From: an uncultured Bacteroidota bacterium
GTDB lineage: Bacteria; Bacteroidota; Bacteroidia; UKL13-3
Assembly (NCBI GenBank): GCA_903888395.1
Contig: CAISTO010000257.1
Location: 1 to 33,076, forward strand
DNA length: 33,076 nt
Direction: 5' to 3'
The notes under the pieces were generated by a model. That model saw only the letters and a list, made by a program, of their open reading frames with translations. It made no database searches and had not been told where the DNA came from. Positions 1-9,900 of the stretch are shown here, piece after piece; position 1 is the first letter of the stretch, and every line of letters begins with the position of its first letter. The position numbers and the translations under genes were made by a program.

Positions 1-1
1 G

Positions 2-76
2 TGGAGGCAACAGGATTCGAACCTGTGACCCTCTGCTTGTAAGGCAGATGCTCTGAACCAGCTGAGCTATGCCTCC
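2..76 (-). tRNA. tRNA-Val (anticodon TAC)
   Basis: Reverse complement reads GGAGGCA-TAGCTCAGCTGGTTCAGAGC-A-TCTGC-CTTACAA-GCAGA-GGGTC-ACAGG-TTCGAAT-CCTGT-TGCCTCC-A: 7-bp acceptor stem, D arm, anticodon loop CT-TAC-AA and TTCGAAT T loop. The window edge hides whether CCA is encoded. Confidence 0.97.
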
Positions 77-92
77 ATTGTTTTGGGGAGTG

Positions 93-122
93 CAAATATA
101 GATTTATGTTTAAAAAACGCAA
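93..122 (-). promoter_or_regulatory. Bacteroidota sigma-A-type promoter for tRNA-Val
   Basis: Minus-strand TATATTTG (93-100) matches the -7 consensus TAnnTTTG, with TTG about 19 nt upstream (120-122), just upstream of the tRNA 5' end. Confidence 0.6.
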
Positions 123-247
123 CATATATTTTGCTTTTTGTTAAAAAATGGGCTTTACTGCCTAATAATCTTAGTTATAAAATATGCTACACATTTAAAT
201 TTATGTTTATTGAACCTTGTTTTCTATATAAAATATAAGTTGCAAAT

Positions 248-2779
248 TTGCGTTTATCTATCACCGTGAAATCAATTTATAAAATAATACTAGCAAGCTT
301 TTTAGTCATTCTATTGGCTTTAACCATTTTTGTAGGCTATTTAATTAGCAATAAGCGAGTTTTAACTGCCTATGTTCTTGAACAAATAAATAGTCATTTA
401 ACAGGACAATTAAAAGTTAATTCAAGTGATGTGACTGTTTTTAAGAACTTTCCAAACGTAAGTTTGGATTTAATTGGCGTTTCTGTTAGCAAGTCGGATT
501 CCATCATTTTAAATGCCCAACATGTGTATTTGGGATTTAATATTAAAGATATTTTCAATAAAAAATATAAAATTCAAATTATTACCATTGACAGCGCTGC
601 TGTTAATTTAGTGATTTATAAAAATGGTGAAAATAATTTTGATATCATAAAAAAGGGTACTGAAGCACAAAATGGTGATGATAATTTTTTACTTGATTTA
701 GAAAAAGTAAAACTTCGAAGTATTGACTTCAGCTTTATTGATTTGCAAAGCACACAAAATTACAACACACAAATTCATGAGTTAGAAATGGATGGAAAAT
801 TCAAAAACAATGAGTTTGCATTAAATATTTTTACCAATGCTTATGTGAAAAATATTTCAAGTAATGAAATTGCGTTTTTAAGCAATAAAAATTTAATAAT
901 AAAAGCAAATATTGATGTAAATAATTCAAAAAAAGTTTACCAATTTAAAAATGCACAAATTAAATTGAATGAACTAGATTTATTATTAAATGGGAATATA
1001 AAAAACAAACCCAATGGGAATGAATTAGCCATTGATTTTGATTCAAAAAAGATAAGCATTACTTCACTTTTAAGCTTACTTCCTGTTAAAATACCCCAAG
1101 AGGTTTTGGCTTATAAAAGCAATGGTAATGTATTTTTTAAAGGAAATATAAACGGTTTAATTGGGCCTAAAAATAATCCCAAAATAGCTGTCGATTTTGG
1201 AATAAGTAATGGAAGTATTCACAATGATAAGCTGAATATTGACTTAAAAAATATATCGTTAATAGGAAAGTTTAATAATGGCGATCAGCAAGACCTGGCA
1301 AGCAGTAAATTGACTTTAAATAATTTTAAAGCCACCCTTGAAAACGATGAAATTAGTGGTGATATCAATTTAGAAAACTTGTTGAATCCAAAAATTGATT
1401 TAGCACTTTTAGGCACTGTAAATTTGGAAAATTTAGTAAAAATATTCCCTGTTTCTAGTATTGAGAAAATAAAAGGTTCGCTTCAATTTGACACCAAAAT
1501 TAAAGCGGATTTGGCCAATAATGATCATGCAAGTATTTGGAAACAAAATGGAAATTACGGTAAGTTTAATTTGCTCATTAGTGATTTTAAAATAAAAAAC
1601 TTTAATAAAACCATTGATAACTTAGCGGCTGATTTTACTTTAAATGGCGCTGACTTATTAGTCCAAAAATGCAATATAAATTTAAATCAATCGGATATAA
1701 ATATTCAAGGAAATTTAAACAATATTTTAGGCTATTTATTTACAAAAAATGAAACATTGAAAGCTAAAATTTCCTATAAAAGTAATTTTGTAGATTTGGC
1801 ACATGTAGTATTTATGCCAGAAGCAAATGCCAATGATAAAAAAGAGTCAAAATATAATTTACCACAAAACATAGAATTGCAATTAAATGCAAGCATTGAA
1901 AAATTAAAATTTAATAATTTTATTGCTAATAATGTGGAGTGTGCCTTACAGGTTTTGCCCATGCAAATTATCATTAGTCAGGCAAAACTAAAAGCATTTA
2001 ATGGCAACTTATTATTTAATGCTAAAGTGCTAAATAGTGAACAAGGCAATTATTTTATTGAAAGTAAAATTGATTTGAAAAATGTAAATATTACTGATGC
2101 ATTTCAACAATGCAATAACTTTGGTCAAGAAAATATTACAGATAAAAATATCAAAGGAATTTATAATGGAAGTATTGATTTTGCTGGTGTTTGGGATAAT
2201 CAATTGAATTGTAAAACAGATAAAATATTTGCTCAAATAAAAGCTCAAATTTTAAATGGAGAGCTTATAAACTATAAGCCATTAAACGCATTAAGTAAAT
2301 TTATTAGTTTAAATGATTTGCAAAATTTAAAATTTGCTACATTAAATAATACCATTGAAATCAGTAAAAAAACAATTACCATTCCTAAAATGCAAATTGA
2401 AAACAATGCCGCAAATATTACATTAAGTGGAAGCCAAAATTTTGATAATTTTATTGATTATAATTTAAAAGTAAACTTAAGTGATATTCTTAGGAAAAAA
2501 TTAAGCGCAAAAGACAATGCCTTTGGGGAAGAAGATGAAAAAAGAAAAGGACTCAATTTATTCATCAATATGCGAGGGCCCATTGATGATTTGAAGTTTA
2601 AATACAGTAAAAAAGAAGCAGGCCAAAACATCAAAGAAGGCTTGAAAAAAGAAACTGAATCAATCAAAGATATATTGAAAAAAGAGTTTGGAATTAAACC
2701 AACAGATGGTAAACAAAACACGAATAAACCAAAGGAAAAACAGAATGAAACGGATGAATTGGAATTTGAAAAAGACTAA
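248..2779 (+). CDS. AsmA-like family protein (N-terminal membrane anchor, repeated beta-rich body, AsmA-like C-terminal region)
   Basis: 843 aa with one N-terminal TM helix, 'FKNFPNVSL' and 'GENNFDI' N-terminal motifs and a C-terminal 'LSGSQNFDNFIDYNLKVNL'. The start is TTG 248 or in-frame GTG 266. Confidence 0.8.
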   Translation: MRLSITVKSIYKIILASFLVILLALTIFVGYLISNKRVLTAYVLEQINSHLTGQLKVNSSDVTVFKNFPNVSLDLIGVSVSKSDSIILNAQHVYLGFNIKDIFNKKYKIQIITIDSAAVNLVIYKNGENNFDIIKKGTEAQNGDDNFLLDLEKVKLRSIDFSFIDLQSTQNYNTQIHELEMDGKFKNNEFALNIFTNAYVKNISSNEIAFLSNKNLIIKANIDVNNSKKVYQFKNAQIKLNELDLLLNGNIKNKPNGNELAIDFDSKKISITSLLSLLPVKIPQEVLAYKSNGNVFFKGNINGLIGPKNNPKIAVDFGISNGSIHNDKLNIDLKNISLIGKFNNGDQQDLASSKLTLNNFKATLENDEISGDINLENLLNPKIDLALLGTVNLENLVKIFPVSSIEKIKGSLQFDTKIKADLANNDHASIWKQNGNYGKFNLLISDFKIKNFNKTIDNLAADFTLNGADLLVQKCNINLNQSDINIQGNLNNILGYLFTKNETLKAKISYKSNFVDLAHVVFMPEANANDKKESKYNLPQNIELQLNASIEKLKFNNFIANNVECALQVLPMQIIISQAKLKAFNGNLLFNAKVLNSEQGNYFIESKIDLKNVNITDAFQQCNNFGQENITDKNIKGIYNGSIDFAGVWDNQLNCKTDKIFAQIKAQILNGELINYKPLNALSKFISLNDLQNLKFATLNNTIEISKKTITIPKMQIENNAANITLSGSQNFDNFIDYNLKVNLSDILRKKLSAKDNAFGEEDEKRKGLNLFINMRGPIDDLKFKYSKKEAGQNIKEGLKKETESIKDILKKEFGIKPTDGKQNTNKPKEKQNETDELEFEKD

Positions 2780-3554
2780 TATTTTTATACTAATTTTATT
2801 AACTTATAGCCATTGCTTTGCACAAAAAAATACCATTAGCAGGATTAATTTTTATGCAACTATCGGTTCTGTTTTTAATGGTTCAATAAACTCATCAACA
2901 ATTGATAAATTAGCTAAGTACCAAGATTCAATTGCTAGCAGTGAAACATGGCGATTAACATTTAGTCCTCAAATTGGAATAATTTATAAATTAAGCAGAG
3001 ACCTAGATTTTCAATTTGGATTAGGTTATATTGTTTTAGGTCATCAAAGAACATTAGCTAATTTAAAATATAAAGATGTGACTTTTCCTGGAATTGGCAG
3101 TGGCCTTGGCAATGGTAAAATTATTGATAACACCAATGGTGAAAGAAGTATAAATTTAAACTATCGTTATCATTATTTACAAGTTCCATTAATTTTAAAT
3201 TATCATTTAAATTTTAGATCACTTACCCCGAAAGTTAAAATTGCACTTTCGGGTGGAATAGGATTAAATGTATTGCTAAAACATGATATCAATGCAGTGT
3301 TAAGCACTGGTTTTAAAATAGATGAAAAAAGTAGCTTTTCTCTTGATAGTACAGGGTATTCGGCAAGTGTTTTTACACCAAATTTGATGCTTGGAACCAT
3401 GGTAGATTATAATTATTCAAAACAAATAAAATTTGTTTTACAACCTATGTTAGGTTACTATCCATTATCGGTAACCAATAAAGATTTAGCAGCTAAACCA
3501 TGGTTTGTGAATTTTAACCTTGGCGTAATTTACACACTTGATGTGTTGAAATAA
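2745..3554 (+). CDS. Outer-membrane beta-barrel protein (porin/PorT-like family)
   Basis: Signal peptide ending 'CFA-Q', alternating beta-strands, 'YHYLQVPLILNY' and terminal 'FNLGVIY'. ATG 2745 (or 2754) is more plausible than TTG 2688 and overlaps the AsmA stop. Confidence 0.7.
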   Translation: MKRMNWNLKKTNIFILILLTYSHCFAQKNTISRINFYATIGSVFNGSINSSTIDKLAKYQDSIASSETWRLTFSPQIGIIYKLSRDLDFQFGLGYIVLGHQRTLANLKYKDVTFPGIGSGLGNGKIIDNTNGERSINLNYRYHYLQVPLILNYHLNFRSLTPKVKIALSGGIGLNVLLKHDINAVLSTGFKIDEKSSFSLDSTGYSASVFTPNLMLGTMVDYNYSKQIKFVLQPMLGYYPLSVTNKDLAAKPWFVNFNLGVIYTLDVLK

Positions 3555-3588
3555 AAAAAAATCCCATTCAAAAATTTGAATAGGATTT
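3553..3588 (-). terminator. Rho-independent terminator of hutU (possibly bidirectional)
   Basis: Minus strand aaatcctattcaaa-tt-tttgaatgggattt followed by a T run; the single mismatch is a G-U pair on this strand. It lies between convergent genes. Confidence 0.75.
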
Positions 3589-3606
3589 CTAAGTTTATAA
3601 TCTGAA

Positions 3607-5292
3607 TTAATAACCAGGTTTATCTTCTTTGTCTTTCAGTCTTTCCTTGATATCTAACCTATGTTTTCTAGCGGTATCAATGGCAATATCGTAACCTGCA
3701 TCAGCATGACGAATAACTCCCATTGCAGGATCGTTATGTAACACACGTTTTAGTCTGCGGGCTGCATCTTCTGTACCATCGGCTAAAATAACCATTCCAG
3801 CATGAATAGAATAACCCATTCCCACTCCACCACCATGATGAACAGAAACCCAACTTGCACCACCAGCCGTATTAATTAACGCATTTAAAATTGGCCAATC
3901 AGCTACTGCATCACTGCCATCTTTCATGGCTTCTGTTTCGCGGTTCGGACTAGCTACCGAGCCAGTATCCAAATGGTCACGACCAATAACAATTGGACCT
4001 TTTACTTGTCCAGTTCTTACCAATTCGTTAAATGCCAAAGCAGCTTTTTCCCTATCACCTTGTCCAATCCAACAAATACGTGCAGGCAAACCTTGGAACG
4101 CAATGCGTTCTTGAGCCATGTCTAACCAACGGTGTAAAGAAGTATTTTCAGGAAATAATTCTTTCATTACGCGGTCGGTTACATATATATCATTAGGGTC
4201 GCCACTTAAGGCTACCCAACGGAAAGGGCCTTTTCCCTCACAGAATAAAGGACGAATATAAGCAGGCACAAAACCGGGAAAAGCAAATGCATTTTCAACA
4301 CCACGTTGGTCTTTTGCTTGTCCGCGTAAATTATTTCCATAATCAAAAGTAATGGCACCTTTGCTCTGCAAATCAATCATTAATTTTACATGATGAGCCA
4401 TGGTATCTAAGGATTTTGATACATACTTTTCTGGTTCAGATTTACGCATGTGGTCGGCTACTTCTTCCACAATTCCTTCCGGATAATAGCCGTTCAAGGG
4501 ATCGTGTGCCGAAGTTTGATCAGTTAGTAAATCAGGAATTATATTGCGTTCAATTAAACGCTCTAATAAATCAATTACATTACAAACCACACCAATTGAT
4601 AGTCTTTGACCAGCAGCTTTTGCTTTTAAGGCCATGTCAATTGCTTGGTCAATATCTCGGCTCATTACATCTAAATAACGGGTTTCAATGCGTTTTTTTA
4701 TTCTCCATTCTACCATTTCGGCAGCCAAACAAACACCATCGCACATGGTAACGGCTAAGGGTTGTGCGCCACCCATTCCGCCTAATCCGGCAGTAACAGT
4801 TAAAGTTCCTTTTAAAGTTCCACCAAAATGCTGGCGAGCAGCTTCAGCAAAAGTTTCATAAGTGCCTTGAACAATTCCTTGTGAGCCAATGTATATCCAA
4901 CTTCCAGCCGTCATTTGGCCATACATCATCAAACCTTTTTTGTCAAGTTCATGAAAAGTTTCCCAATTAGCCCAACGTGGAACCAACATGCTATTGGAAA
5001 TGATTACACGAGGCGCATCTTTATGAGTTGGTAAAATTCCAACTGGCTTTCCACTTTGAATCAAAAGGGTTTCATCGTCTTCCAAATCTTGTAGCGCTTT
5101 TACGATTAAGTCAAAACTTTCCCAATTTCTGGCGGCTTTTCCAATTCCACCATATACCACTAAATCGTCTGGACGTTCGGCCACATCAGGATCTAAATTA
5201 TTATGTAGCATGCGCAATGCAGCTTCTTGCACCCAACCTTTGCAGCTTAATGTATTGCCAGTTGCGGCATGTAAATCAGTATGTTTAGTCAT
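3607..5292 (-). CDS. hutU: Urocanate hydratase
   Basis: Conserved motifs '[20 protein letters not shown]', '[10 protein letters not shown]', 'TDQTSAHDP', 'FDYGNN', 'GRDHLD' and 'HHGGGVGMG'. Start placed at ATG 5292 because the track's TTG 5331 lies inside a promoter motif. Confidence 0.97.
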   Translation of the reverse strand: MTKHTDLHAATGNTLSCKGWVQEAALRMLHNNLDPDVAERPDDLVVYGGIGKAARNWESFDLIVKALQDLEDDETLLIQSGKPVGILPTHKDAPRVIISNSMLVPRWANWETFHELDKKGLMMYGQMTAGSWIYIGSQGIVQGTYETFAEAARQHFGGTLKGTLTVTAGLGGMGGAQPLAVTMCDGVCLAAEMVEWRIKKRIETRYLDVMSRDIDQAIDMALKAKAAGQRLSIGVVCNVIDLLERLIERNIIPDLLTDQTSAHDPLNGYYPEGIVEEVADHMRKSEPEKYVSKSLDTMAHHVKLMIDLQSKGAITFDYGNNLRGQAKDQRGVENAFAFPGFVPAYIRPLFCEGKGPFRWVALSGDPNDIYVTDRVMKELFPENTSLHRWLDMAQERIAFQGLPARICWIGQGDREKAALAFNELVRTGQVKGPIVIGRDHLDTGSVASPNRETEAMKDGSDAVADWPILNALINTAGGASWVSVHHGGGVGMGYSIHAGMVILADGTEDAARRLKRVLHNDPAMGVIRHADAGYDIAIDTARKHRLDIKERLKDKEDKPGY

Positions 5293-5328
5293 TTTATATG
5301 TTGTATTTTTATTATAAAAAGGAATTTT

Positions 5329-5336
5329 CAAAAGTA
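5329..5336 (-). promoter_or_regulatory. Putative -7 promoter element of hutU
   Basis: Minus-strand TACTTTTG matches TAnnTTTG 36 nt upstream of ATG 5292. No well-spaced -33 element was found. Confidence 0.5.
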
Positions 5337-5457
5337 TTGTTTTGAAACTTAAAATTTTACTACAATAAATGATTTTTGGTAGTTCACTTTCACCCGATTA
5401 TTTTTAATAAAAATGATAGTTGAATAGTTGTTATTTTGTGGCTTAAAATAAAAACCA

Positions 5458-6882
5458 ATGGAATTTCCCAAAACACCCATTATTATTTCAATATTGATAG
5501 TTACTATTTTTAATTGGTCGTGTAAAACAGTAAAAATTGAAGTACCAAAACCTAAAAGTTTTATTGGCGTTCAGCCACCAAAACCTACATCTATTATTGG
5601 TTTGCCAATAAATATTAATACGGAAGGTTTAACAAAGTCGTTGAACAAAAAGTTTACCAATCAGCTTTACAAAGATTCAAGTTTTGAGGATAATGATGGA
5701 GATAATTTAAAGTTAACGGTTGTAAAAAGAGGTGACTTTATTGTTTCAACAGAAAATAATGGATTGGACATATCAGCACCTTTGCACATTGATTTTATTT
5801 ATTTGTTAAGCCTTTTAGGTGGTTCACAGCAAATCAATAAAGGAGTAAATTTAACAGTAAATTTTACTTCAAACCCTTCCATAGACCGAGATTGGAATTT
5901 AATATTAAACAGCAAAGGCAAAATTACTTGGGACGATTTGCCGGTGATTGATTTAGGAATTACCAAGCTCGATTTACCAAGTATTTTCGGTGGTTTAATT
6001 CAAAAATTAGTCAACAAAATGGCAAAGAAAATTGATGTGGAAGTACCCAAATCTTTGAATATTAAAAAACAAATTGCTGATGCTTGGCTGACTTTAGAAA
6101 AACCAATTTTATTAGATTCAGTTAATAATGCTTGGTTAATGGTAAATCCTAAAAACATATTTATTACACCTATTACTTATACAAAAAATCAAATGCAAAT
6201 AAAGCTAGGTTTGTCAAGTGTCATTGAATTGGCATCTGGTTATAAACCAGTAAATGATTCGTTTGCTAAGCGATTACCACCATTACGTCAGGTCAATAAT
6301 TTTGAAGAAAATGTAAGACTGAATTTAGGCGCATCGGTTACATTTAACCAAATAAATGATGGATTAGCTAAACAATTTGCTAGCAATCCCATGGCATTTG
6401 AAAGTTATGATTACAAGATAAAAATTAACGATGCAAAAGCATTTAATTACGGAAACAAGGTAATGATAGCGCTTGACATAGATGGAAAAGTTAGAACTGG
6501 AATAGTTGGGAAAAATATAAAAGGAGTTATTTATGCTACTGGAGTTCCAATTTATAATGCAAAAAATAAAACAATTGAAATTAAGCAATTTGATTTTGAA
6601 ATAAAAACACGCGATTTATTATTGAAAGCAGGTACTTGGTTATTGTACTCGGCTGCCTTTAAACAAAGCATTGAAAAGCAATTGGTATATTCAATAGCCG
6701 ATCAATTGAATCAAGCCAGGTTAAGTGCAAATGATGCAGTTAATAAAAAAATGATTGAAACCGTGGATATAAAAGGTTATGTAAAAAACTTAGAGCCAGG
6801 CGAAATATTTGTTACTTCAAATGCCATTAGAATCAACATAATTACTGATGGAAATATTGAAGTAAATTTAAATGGATTTTAA
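5458..6882 (+). CDS. DUF4403-like lipoprotein
   Basis: Lipobox-like 'FNWSC' after a hydrophobic stretch, a Pro-rich linker then 'SIIGLPINI', 'AWLMVNP' and 'GVIYATGVPIYN'. Length 474 aa fits the family. Confidence 0.65.
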   Translation: MEFPKTPIIISILIVTIFNWSCKTVKIEVPKPKSFIGVQPPKPTSIIGLPININTEGLTKSLNKKFTNQLYKDSSFEDNDGDNLKLTVVKRGDFIVSTENNGLDISAPLHIDFIYLLSLLGGSQQINKGVNLTVNFTSNPSIDRDWNLILNSKGKITWDDLPVIDLGITKLDLPSIFGGLIQKLVNKMAKKIDVEVPKSLNIKKQIADAWLTLEKPILLDSVNNAWLMVNPKNIFITPITYTKNQMQIKLGLSSVIELASGYKPVNDSFAKRLPPLRQVNNFEENVRLNLGASVTFNQINDGLAKQFASNPMAFESYDYKIKINDAKAFNYGNKVMIALDIDGKVRTGIVGKNIKGVIYATGVPIYNAKNKTIEIKQFDFEIKTRDLLLKAGTWLLYSAAFKQSIEKQLVYSIADQLNQARLSANDAVNKKMIETVDIKGYVKNLEPGEIFVTSNAIRINIITDGNIEVNLNGF

Positions 6883-6894
6883 AACATTTTGATC

Positions 6895-6940
6895 AATAAA
6901 AAAGCCTATTTCAAAACGAATGAAATAGGCTTTTTTTATT
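6895..6940. terminator. Bidirectional Rho-independent terminator
   Basis: aaaaaagcctatttca-aaacgaa-tgaaataggctttttt, with A and T tails on either side, between convergent genes. Confidence 0.88.
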
Positions 6941-6952
6941 TAGAAATAAACT

Positions 6953-9900
6953 TTATTGTTTTACAATTTTCATTGTTTTTACAACACCGTTAATACTAAT
7001 TTTTACTAAGTAAATACCAGCTGCCAAATTGCTTGTATTGCTTAATTTGATTGTACTTAAGCCAATAGTAACAGCTTCAGTTTGGCTCATTAAAATTCTA
7101 CCACTGATGTCAATTATTTGAACAGTACTGATTGTATTTTCAGTATTTAAAGTTTCAATATTTAATTCATTGCTAAACGGATTAGGATAAATGCTAATAC
7201 CATCACCAATTGCATCGTTAATTGAAACTTCTTTTATTGGCGATAAAGTAGATTTACCATCAAAATCTATTTGATTTAAACGATAATACAATTTTTGAAC
7301 TTGATTAATTGCAAATGGATTTTCATCAATAGAACTATAAATTACATTGTTATTTGAATTTCCTTCGCCTTTAACAAATGCAATTGTTTCAAATGTTTTT
7401 CCATTAACTGAGCGTTGAACGTCAAAGCCTTTGTTATTGATTTCGCTTGAAGTAATCCAAACTAATTTAACATCATCATTTACTTTTTTAGCTTCAAAAT
7501 AGCTTAGTTTAACTGGTAAAGTTGTTGTGTTATTTGAGGTAACTGAAGTAAATGCATTGTGCATATATTTACCATTGTATTCGTATACATCAAAAGTGTA
7601 GTTAGTAGCCATTGTTAAACCTGTAACCGCAACAGTATTTCCCGTTCCATTATAAATTACAAAGTTTCCAACACCAGTGGTATCACCCAATGAATAAATT
7701 GCGCTAGCATTATACAATTTATTATTAGTTGGAGCAACCGCAGAAGATGAGGTTAATCGAGCAACAATTAAACGTCTTTGTCCGTTACCAATTGTGCAAC
7801 TAACAGTAGCCGTAGTATTTGTAACTGACGAAATGGTAACAGCTGTAGCAGTAGAACTTGGTGTAGCAATATTTACTACTTCAATATCATCTATAGCCCA
7901 ACCTTCATCTACTACATAAGTATCAGATATAAAGCGGAAACGTACGCGAACATTAGATTGACTAGCAGCACCAGTTAAACGGAAAGCACTTTCAATCCAT
8001 CCGCTCACTTGGCTACCAAATACTGAACCTGAACCCATATCGGTTGAGAAATAAGGAGGAGCTAAAACGCCACCACTTGAAACATAGTTTACATTATCGT
8101 TATACCAAGCATAACTGTTTGTAGTATTAAAGTTAGCGCCTGTTCCAACTATGCTATCCAAACGGTTCCAGAAACCACCATTGATAGAAATTTCAACAAT
8201 TAAACCATCCCAATCAGTTTCAGCTTTAAATTTATGGCTAAAACGAACAATTGGATCAGCAGTATAAGAAGTAAAATCAAATTGCGGAGAAACGATTGAT
8301 GCATCGTGATCAATATCGTAAGTTCCTGTTAATTTAGTAGCCCAAGCTTTAGTTCCACTATGCGCACCACTTAAGTATGTTTTAGCGGGCGTTCCTAAAA
8401 CCCAATTGTTATTGGTAGGGAAACCAACAATCCAGTTTACGCTTGTACTTGTAGAAGAAAGCATAGAATGCCATCCACCTGCACCCGTTTCAAAGTTTTG
8501 TGAATAAGGTAAAGTTGAAATGATTGGATCTGTAGTAAAACTATCTATTACACTATAAGCAGTGCCAATACCATTGGTAGCATATGCTTTAAAATAATAC
8601 TTAGTTGAATGTGTTAATCCAGCAGGGTTAATAGAAAAAATTCCTAATGAAACAACTGGACTTGTAGTTGAGTCAATAGCACTACTTGAAACTGTTAATG
8701 GAGTAATAGAAGTATTATAAACTATACCACTTGCAGTTACTGTACTTCCGCCATCAGAGGTTATATTTCCACCGACTGTAGCAGTTGTTGAAGTTAAATT
8801 TGTAGCTGCAATTTTTAAAATAGTGGGAATTACTGCTGTAGAATTTGTGGTAAATGTACTATCAGCACCATAAGAAGTATCTACAGCATTAATTGCATAA
8901 GCTCTGTAATAATATAATGTAGAAATAGATAAACCAGTTGTGCCTTTTGTAAATGAACCAATAATTACTAATGGATTTGTAGTTGAATCAACTACTCCAA
9001 AAGCACCAAGTACGGGGGCAGAAGTTGTACTATAAACTATTCCACTTTTAGTAATTGTTGAATTTCCATTGCTAGTAATTGTACCAGTTAAATCGGCAGA
9101 GCTAGTAGTTAAATTTGTTTTTGTACCGGTAAATACTATTGGAGCTGTAGGTGCTACAACTTCAATATTATCAACTGCCACGCCTTCATCTGTTCCGCTT
9201 CCATCTGAACCAAAACGAATTCTAAACTTCACGTTTGACTGTCCAGCAGCACCGGTTAAAACTGTTTGACTTTGAATCCAATTTGAAACATTGCTTGAAA
9301 ACAAACTACTATTATCTGACCACTTATTAGCAGATATTGGTCCAGCAGTACTACTACTATTATACCAACTTAAGCTATTTGTGGTATTATAGTTTGAACC
9401 AGTTCCTAAAGTGTTATCAAGTTTAGTCCAAGTTCCACCATTAATAGATATTTCTAAAACACTTGCATCCCAACCAGTTTCAGTTGCAAAATTATGTCTG
9501 AATTTAACAATAGGATTTGCAGCATAACTTGTAAAATCAAATTGAGGAGAAACAAGCGCACCATCATGGTTATCAGAATAATTTGCTGCGGTAGAAGTAA
9601 ACCAACATTTTGGTGAACTATACGAACCACTTAATTGACTTTTTGCGGGAGTTCCAAGTACCCATTCATTTATACCACCAGTAGCTATTGAGTTCCATCC
9701 TGTTGTTCCAATACTATCAAAATTTTGAAAATAAGGTAAAACAGAAACTACGGGAGCAGTAGTAAAACTATCCAAACTACTATAAGCTGTTCCTATACTA
9801 TTTGTGGCATAAGCTTTAAAATAATATTTTGTAGAGTGAGTTAAACCTGAAGTAGAAAACGAATATGTGCCTATTGTAACTAAAGGGTTTGTAGTTGAAT

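Noticed and set aside
2-76. tRNA as an island integration site, or functionally linked to the U32 operon
   Set aside because: No integrase or duplicated tRNA 3' end is visible, and the 3' side lies outside the window. tRNA-Val(UAC) is a plausible TrhP substrate, but 22 kb separation is not evidence of linkage.
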